From: Mycolicibacterium smegmatis
GTDB lineage: Bacteria > Actinomycetota > Actinomycetes > Mycobacteriales > Mycobacteriaceae
DNA: 32,000 nt
Assembly: GCF_001457595.1 (NCBI RefSeq)
Contig: NZ_LN831039.1
Span: 5,370,001 to 5,402,000, forward strand
Reading direction: 5' to 3'
In this document: piece after piece, positions 26,930-32,000 of the stretch
Position numbering within the stretch: the first letter of the stretch is position 1
Layout: every line of letters starts with the position of its first letter
Translations under genes and position numbers: made by a program
The notes under the pieces: model-generated
What the model was told of the DNA's origin: nothing
Database searches by the model: none
What the model saw: only the letters and a program-made list of their open reading frames with translations

Positions 26930-28660
26930 ATGAACACCGCACCGCTGATGACCGAGTCGGTCCCGGGGACCTCCCCCGTCACCGACGGCGCCCACGTGCT
27001 GGTCGATGCGCTCAAGCTCAACGGGGTCGAGACACTTTACGGCGTGGTCGGCATCCCGATCACCGACGTGGCGCGGGTGGCACAGGCACAAGGCCTGCGC
27101 TACATCGGCTTCCGGCACGAGAGCGACGCCGGGCATGCCGCCGCCGCAGCGGGGTTCCTGACGAAGAAGCCGGGTTTCTGCCTCACGGTCTCCGCGCCCG
27201 GGTTCCTCAACGGCCTGGTCGCGTTGGCCAATGCCACCACGAATTGCTTTCCTATGGTGCAGATCTCCGGGTCCAGCGACCGACACATCGTCGACCTGCA
27301 GCGCGGTGACTACGAGGAGATGGATCAGCTCGCCGCAGCGAAACCTTTCGCCAAGGCGGCCTTTCGCGTCAACCGCGCCGCCGACATCGGTCTGGCGGTC
27401 GCCAGGGCCATCCGCACCGCGTCGTCCGGCCGGCCCGGCGGCGTGTACCTCGACATCCCGGCCGCGGTCCTGGGTGAGGTGATCGACGCCGGTGCCGCAG
27501 CAGCGTCGCTGCGCACCGTCGTCGACGCCGCACCCGAGCAGTTGCCGTCGCCAAGGGCCGTCGACCGTGCGGTCGCGCTGCTCGCAGCGGCCCGACGACC
27601 TCTCGTGGTGCTCGGCAAGGGCGCGGCATATGCGCAGGCGGACAAAACGATTCGCAACTTCCTCGAATCGACGGGCCTGCCGTTCCTGCCGATGTCGATG
27701 GCCAAGGGCCTGCTGCCGGACACGCATCCGCAGTCGGTGGCCTCGGCCCGGTCGATGACGCTGCGCGACGCCGACGTGGTCCTGCTGGTCGGTGCCCGCT
27801 TGAATTGGCTTCTGGGGCACGGCGAACCGCCGCAGTTCAGCCGCGACGTCAAGTTCATCCAGGTCGACATCGATCCGGGTGAACTGGACAGCAACGCGCC
27901 GATCGCCGCACCGCTGGTAGGCGACATAGGCTCGGTGATCGAGGCGCTCGCCGAGCGCGCCCAGTTCATCGACGCCCCGGCACCGTGGCGCGAGCAACTG
28001 GCCGAACGCAAGGCCCGCAACGCCGAGTCCATGGCGAAGCGGCTGGCCGCCGACCCGCGGCCCATGCGCTTCCACGGTGCGCTGCGGGCCATCCGTGATG
28101 TGCTGCGCGACCGTCCCGACGTCTACGTCGTCAACGAGGGTGCCAACGCACTCGACCTGGCACGCAACGTGATCGACATGGCGGTGCCGCGGCACCGGCT
28201 CGACAGCGGCACGTGGGGTGTCATGGGCGTCGGCATGGGGTACGCGATCGCGGCCGCGGTCGAGGGCAGTGGACCGGTCGTCGCGATCGAAGGCGACAGC
28301 GCGTTCGGGTTCAGCGCCATGGAGCTCGAGACGATCTGCCGCTACCGCCTGCCCGTGGTGGTCGTCGTGCTCAACAACGGCGGCGTGTACCGCGGCGACG
28401 GGCACAACCCGGCGTCTGACGACCCGTCACCTACCACGCTGATGCCTGCGGCGCGTCACGACCGGCTGATCGAGGCCTTCGGCGGCACAGGTCATCACGT
28501 CACCACACCCGCCGAACTCGGTGCGGCCCTGACCGAGGCGCTGGCCTCCGGCGGGCCGGCCCTGATCGACTGCGTGATCGATCCGGCCGACGGCACCGAG
28601 AGCGGTCACCTGACGCAATTGAACCCGGCGGTCGTGGGCCACCATCCCGCCACCAATTGA
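26930..28660 (+). CDS. oxc: Oxalyl-CoA decarboxylase (ThDP-dependent)
   Basis: DALKLNGVETLYGVVGIPITDVARVAQAQGLRYIGFRHESDAGHAAAAAGFLTKKPGFCLTVSAPGFLNGLVALANATTNCFPMVQISGSS...GPVVAIEGDSAFGFSAMELETICRYRLPVVVVVLNNGGVY. Confidence 0.94.
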   Translation: MNTAPLMTESVPGTSPVTDGAHVLVDALKLNGVETLYGVVGIPITDVARVAQAQGLRYIGFRHESDAGHAAAAAGFLTKKPGFCLTVSAPGFLNGLVALANATTNCFPMVQISGSSDRHIVDLQRGDYEEMDQLAAAKPFAKAAFRVNRAADIGLAVARAIRTASSGRPGGVYLDIPAAVLGEVIDAGAAAASLRTVVDAAPEQLPSPRAVDRAVALLAAARRPLVVLGKGAAYAQADKTIRNFLESTGLPFLPMSMAKGLLPDTHPQSVASARSMTLRDADVVLLVGARLNWLLGHGEPPQFSRDVKFIQVDIDPGELDSNAPIAAPLVGDIGSVIEALAERAQFIDAPAPWREQLAERKARNAESMAKRLAADPRPMRFHGALRAIRDVLRDRPDVYVVNEGANALDLARNVIDMAVPRHRLDSGTWGVMGVGMGYAIAAAVEGSGPVVAIEGDSAFGFSAMELETICRYRLPVVVVVLNNGGVYRGDGHNPASDDPSPTTLMPAARHDRLIEAFGGTGHHVTTPAELGAALTEALASGGPALIDCVIDPADGTESGHLTQLNPAVVGHHPATN

Positions 28661-28694
28661 TGTGTCGCATCGAAGATCACAAAGGAGTATTGCC

Positions 28695-29018
28695 ATGCGA
28701 ATCCGGTCTCTCACACCATTTTTGGCGGTCGGCGCCGGCGCGGTCGCGATCGCACTCGCGCCCGTCGCGTCCGCGGCGCCCACGGATGACTCCGTGGTGC
28801 CCAGTTGCACCAGCATCGGACCTGGTACCGAATGTCAGTCACCCGGCAACGTCGAACTCAACGCCTCGATCCCGCCGGACTTCGAATCGCAGTATCCGGC
28901 ATTCGGCTTGTTCGGGCTTGGTCCCGTCGGCGGATTCGATCACGGCGGTCACGGATTCGCCGGTGGTGCACACGGTTTCGGCGGTGGCGGTATGCACGGT
29001 GGTGGTGGGCACCGCTGA
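28695..29018 (+). CDS. Small secreted protein with Gly/His-rich tail
   Basis: MRIRSLTPFLAVGAGAVAIALAPVASAAPTDDSVVPSCTSIGPGTECQSPGNVELNASIPPDFESQYPAFGLFGLGPVGGFDHGGHGFAGGAHGFGGGGMHGGGGHR; RBS aaaggag at 28681-28687. Confidence 0.8.
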   Translation: MRIRSLTPFLAVGAGAVAIALAPVASAAPTDDSVVPSCTSIGPGTECQSPGNVELNASIPPDFESQYPAFGLFGLGPVGGFDHGGHGFAGGAHGFGGGGMHGGGGHR

Positions 29019-29022
29019 CTGC

Positions 29023-29337
29023 TCATCTCGAGCAGTTCAGTGACACCGTGATGGAGCGACGCGTCACCACCGGGATGTAGTCGATGTCCTTCTTTCCGTG
29101 CTTGCCGAACCGCTCGACACGGACGAGTTGGGTCTGTGTCTGTGGGTTGCGCACGCTGGTGACGATGCATTCTCCCAGCGGCGCGCTTCCCACGCGGTCG
29201 ATGTTCACGTAATAGCCCTCGGCTTCGAGTCGGCCGATCGTGTCGATCGCCGTTTCGGCCGAAGCCGCCCCGGCAGGTGTCACGATGGCCGCCAGAGCCG
29301 CCCCCGACGCGGCCAACATGACGAGCGATGTTCGCAT
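29023..29337 (-). CDS. Small secreted protein, paralogue of the 24542-24853 product
   Basis: MRTSLVMLAASGAALAAIVTPAGAASAETAIDTIGRLEAEGYYVNIDRVGSAPLGECIVTSVRNPQ...RRSITVSLNCSR. Confidence 0.82.
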   Translation of the reverse strand: MRTSLVMLAASGAALAAIVTPAGAASAETAIDTIGRLEAEGYYVNIDRVGSAPLGECIVTSVRNPQTQTQLVRVERFGKHGKKDIDYIPVVTRRSITVSLNCSR

Positions 29338-29426
29338 GGCTGCGCCTTTCTTCCGCTGTATCTGTCGGTGATCGGTGCACCGTCGTTACGCATGACACGG
29401 CCCTCCGGGCAGAACGGTTCAACCGC

Positions 29427-30155
29427 TCACACAACACCGCCGTTGGCGTAGATCACCTGCCCGTTGACCCACCGTGCCGGGCCGGCGAGGAACGCGACGA
29501 TCTCGGCGATGTCGGCGGGTTCGCCGAGGCGTTCCAGCGGCGGCGCGGCCTTGGCGCGGTCGATGACCTCCTGAGGCTTGCCCTCGAAGTACAGCGGGGT
29601 GGCCGTGGGTCCCGGCGCGACGGCATTGACCGTGACGTCGCGTCCGCGCATCTCCTTGGCGAGGATCAGCGTCATGGCGTCGACGGCGCCCTTGGTGGCG
29701 GCGTAGGCCGTGTAGGTGGGCGCCGCGATCTTGGTGACCGACGTCGAGAAGTTGATGATGGCCCCGCCCGCGCGGACACGGCGCGCGGCCTGCTGGCTGA
29801 CGGCGAACGTACCGCGCACGTTGGTGCGCAACATACGGTCGAGGTCGGCCAGATCGAGTTCGGCGAGTGGCGCGAGCGTCATGATGCCCGCGGTGTTCAC
29901 CACGACGTCGACGCCGCCGAACTCCGATTCCACCTCATCGAAGAGCGCGGCGACCTGCTGCTCGTCGGCCACGTCGGCGGTCACGACCGTCGCGGCCCCG
30001 CCCAGGGCCGTGATCTCGTCGGCGGTCTGCTGTGCACGGTCGCGGTTGCCGGCATAGTGCACGGCCACAGCCATCCCCGCACGTGCCAACCGCACTGCGA
30101 CGTCATGGCCGATACCGCCGGATGCTCCGGTGATGATGGCTACGCGCTGGGTCAT
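29427..30155 (-). CDS. Short-chain dehydrogenase/reductase (SDR) family oxidoreductase
   Basis: MTQRVAIITGASGGIGHDVAVRLARAG...DVVVNTAGIM...YAATKGAVDAMT; start at 30155, not 30200. Confidence 0.92.
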   Translation of the reverse strand: MTQRVAIITGASGGIGHDVAVRLARAGMAVAVHYAGNRDRAQQTADEITALGGAATVVTADVADEQQVAALFDEVESEFGGVDVVVNTAGIMTLAPLAELDLADLDRMLRTNVRGTFAVSQQAARRVRAGGAIINFSTSVTKIAAPTYTAYAATKGAVDAMTLILAKEMRGRDVTVNAVAPGPTATPLYFEGKPQEVIDRAKAAPPLERLGEPADIAEIVAFLAGPARWVNGQVIYANGGVV

Positions 30156-30170
30156 GTCGTTCTCCGTCCG

Positions 30171-30195
30171 TATATGTACGATAAGTTCATATATG
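30171..30195. promoter_or_regulatory. AT-rich inverted/direct repeat, candidate TetR operator
   Basis: TATATG (30171-30176) ... CATATATG (30188-30195) in the divergent SDR/tetR gap; minus strand shows ACATATATG and ACATATACG. Confidence 0.5.
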
Positions 30196-30235
30196 TCCAA
30201 GTAGGTGGGGCCACCAGATATTCCGGAGGTGACGG

Positions 30236-30826
30236 TTGACCACCAACCCGCGTCGCGGCCGCGGCCGCAGGCCCGCGCAGGACGTGCGCCGCGATGTCCT
30301 CGCAGCCGTGGCCGATCTGCTGTTCACGGAGGGCATGGCGGGATTCACCATCGACAAGGTCGCCGCGCGCTCTGGAGTCAGCAAGGTGACGATCTACAAA
30401 TGGTGGCCGTCGAAGGGCGCACTGGCGCTCGACGGATATTTCGCAAAGGTCGAGCCGCGGTTGGCATTTCCCGACACCGGCGACATCGAGGCCGATCTGC
30501 GGTCGCAGTTGCACGCGTTCCTGCGCGTCATCCGCGACACCCCGGCAGGTACTGTGATCGCCGAGCTCATCGGAGGCGCCCAGACCGATCCGGAGCTCAA
30601 AGCCGCGTTCATGCAACGGTATTCGGGGCCTCGGCGCAGCTTCGCGGTGGCGGCGATGCGGCGTGCACAAGAGCGTGGTCAGCTTGCCGCGCATGTCGAC
30701 CCGGAAACCGTGATCGACCAGCTGTGGGGCGCGTGCTACAACCGCCTGCTGGTTCCCGATCAGCCGTTGAGCGAACAGTTCGTGGACGCCTTGCTGGACA
30801 ACCTGTTCCGCGGCATCGGGGCCTGA
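30236..30826 (+). CDS. TetR/AcrR family transcriptional regulator
   Basis: DVLAAVADLLFTEGMAGFTIDKVAARSGVSKVTIYKWWPSKGALALDGYF; TTG start with GGAGG 6 nt upstream. Confidence 0.9.
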   Translation: MTTNPRRGRGRRPAQDVRRDVLAAVADLLFTEGMAGFTIDKVAARSGVSKVTIYKWWPSKGALALDGYFAKVEPRLAFPDTGDIEADLRSQLHAFLRVIRDTPAGTVIAELIGGAQTDPELKAAFMQRYSGPRRSFAVAAMRRAQERGQLAAHVDPETVIDQLWGACYNRLLVPDQPLSEQFVDALLDNLFRGIGA

Positions 30827-30848
30827 GCACAGCATCGGCAGACGCGGA

Positions 30849-30884
30849 AGAGGCCCGGCCGTGAGCGGGTACGGCCGGGCCTCT
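30849..30884. terminator. Strong hairpin between convergent tetR and symporter genes
   Basis: AGAGGCCCGGCCGT (30849-30862) perfectly pairs with ACGGCCGGGCCTCT (30871-30884), 8-nt loop; no long U-tract. Confidence 0.8.
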
Positions 30885-30927
30885 GGCCCATCGGGCGCGA
30901 GCGCGGAAGGGGGTAGCTCGGCGCCGG

Positions 30928-32000
30928 TCAGGCCGGTGTGGCAGCCGGCTCCTTCTCCGGCGCCGCAGTTTGGTGATCGTCGACCATGGTCAGTTCGTCG
31001 AACGGGTCGTCGCCGCCGAGCACGGCGTCGACCTTGTCCTTGTCGATGGTGTGGGTCCACGACCCGACCAGGATGGTCGCCACGGCGTTGCCCGAGAAGT
31101 TGGTCACCGCACGCGCTTCCGACATGAACCGGTCGATGCCCACGATCAGACCGACGCCGTCGAGCAGGTCGGGACGGTGTGCCTGCAGCCCGCCGGCCAG
31201 CGTGGCCAGGCCCGCGCCGGTGACGCCTGCCGCGCCCTTGGACGCGACGATCATGAACACCAGCAGGCCGATCTGCTCGGTCACCGACAGCGGATCACCC
31301 AGCGCGCCCGCGATGAAAAGCGAGGCCATGGTCAGGTAGATCGCGGTGCCGTCGAGGTTGAACGAGTAGCCGGTGGGCACCACGACGCCGACGGTGCTGC
31401 GGTCGACCCCGAGGTGCTCCATCTTCGCGATGAGTCGGGGCAGGGCGGACTCCGACGACGACGTCGACACGATCAGCAGGTACTCGCGTGCCAGGTAGCG
31501 CACCAGCTTGAAGATCGACACCCCGGCGACCGCGCGCATCAGCACACCCAGCACACCGAACACGAACACGAAGCACGTGACGTAGAAGCCGAACATCAAC
31601 GCCAGCAACTGGGTCACGGCGGTCCAGCCGGTCTGACCGACGACGTTGGCAATCGCACCGAAGGCGCCGATCGGGGCCAGCCACAGGATCATCGCGAGCA
31701 CCTTGAACACGAGCTTCTGCAGATGGACGATGCCGCGCAGGACCGGCTCGCCCGCGCTGCCCATGGCCTGCAGCGCGAAACCGACCAGCAGCGCCACGAA
31801 CAGCGCCTGCAGCACGCTGCCCGCGGTCAGCGCCGAGAACAGGGTTTCGGGGATGATGCCCTGCACGAAGTCCATCAGGCCGCCGGCCTCGTGGGCGGTC
31901 TCGGCCAGTTCGGCACCCTTGCCCGCGGCGCTCTCGGTCAGGTGCATGCCGGTGCCCGGGTGCAGCACGTTGCCCACCACCAGGCCGATCGCGAGCGCGA
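30928..32000 (-). CDS. dctA: C4-dicarboxylate/cation (DAACS) symporter, DctA-like (N-terminus outside window)
   Basis: LIVSTSSSESALPRLIAKMEHLGVDRSTVGVVVPTGYSFNLDGTAIYLTMASLFIAGA...ASKGAAGVTGAG...VGIDRFMSEARAVTNFSGNAVATILVG. Confidence 0.9.
   Translation of the reverse strand, partial: ALAIGLVVGNVLHPGTGMHLTESAAGKGAELAETAHEAGGLMDFVQGIIPETLFSALTAGSVLQALFVALLVGFALQAMGSAGEPVLRGIVHLQKLVFKVLAMILWLAPIGAFGAIANVVGQTGWTAVTQLLALMFGFYVTCFVFVFGVLGVLMRAVAGVSIFKLVRYLAREYLLIVSTSSSESALPRLIAKMEHLGVDRSTVGVVVPTGYSFNLDGTAIYLTMASLFIAGALGDPLSVTEQIGLLVFMIVASKGAAGVTGAGLATLAGGLQAHRPDLLDGVGLIVGIDRFMSEARAVTNFSGNAVATILVGSWTHTIDKDKVDAVLGGDDPFDELTMVDDHQTAAPEKEPAATPA

Noticed and set aside
26789-28405. 538-aa minus-strand ORF opposite oxalyl-CoA decarboxylase
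   Set aside because: Antisense shadow; no domain, while the plus strand is a clear ThDP enzyme.
1-32000. Defence island, prophage, toxin-antitoxin, secretion or biosynthetic gene cluster
   Set aside because: No integrase, transposase, nuclease, PKS/NRPS, TA or secretion-system motifs recognised; the window looks like core/near-core actinobacterial metabolism.

Overview
High-GC actinobacterial DNA, gene-dense, with content and order closely resembling the mycobacterial Rv1062-Rv1078 region (most like a fast-growing Mycobacterium/Mycolicibacterium; inference from recalled protein families and gene order, no database search was run). In order: a Pro/Gly-rich membrane protein (partial), cystathionine beta-synthase, a LipU-type esterase, an SGNH hydrolase, a FadA3-type thiolase, PurT, a Bax-inhibitor-1/YccA protein, an EchA9/EchA8/alpha-beta hydrolase operon, a cysteine dioxygenase-rhodanese operon, an LpqV-like lipoprotein, a TetR plus CocE/NonD hydrolase pair, two convergent patatin-like proteins, a zinc alcohol dehydrogenase, a dihydrodipicolinate-reductase-like oxidoreductase, a large MerR-HTH/STAND-type ATPase, a FadD ligase, small secreted proteins, a divergent FadD7-like/oxalyl-CoA decarboxylase pair, an SDR/TetR pair and a DctA-like symporter (partial). 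No rRNA, tRNA, CRISPR array, transposon or phage was recognised. The most interesting signals are small: (1) a 14-codon Cys-Cys upstream ORF before cysteine dioxygenase, with a 6-nt complement to the downstream ribosome-binding site (cysteine-responsive attenuator candidate); (2) a perfect match to the KstR operator consensus 20 bp upstream of the dihydrodipicolinate-reductase-like gene; (3) the MerR-STAND fusion; (4) two mirrored convergent pairs of small secreted proteins flanking the fadD/oxalate genes; (5) tandem TetR operators and several leaderless-type promoters.
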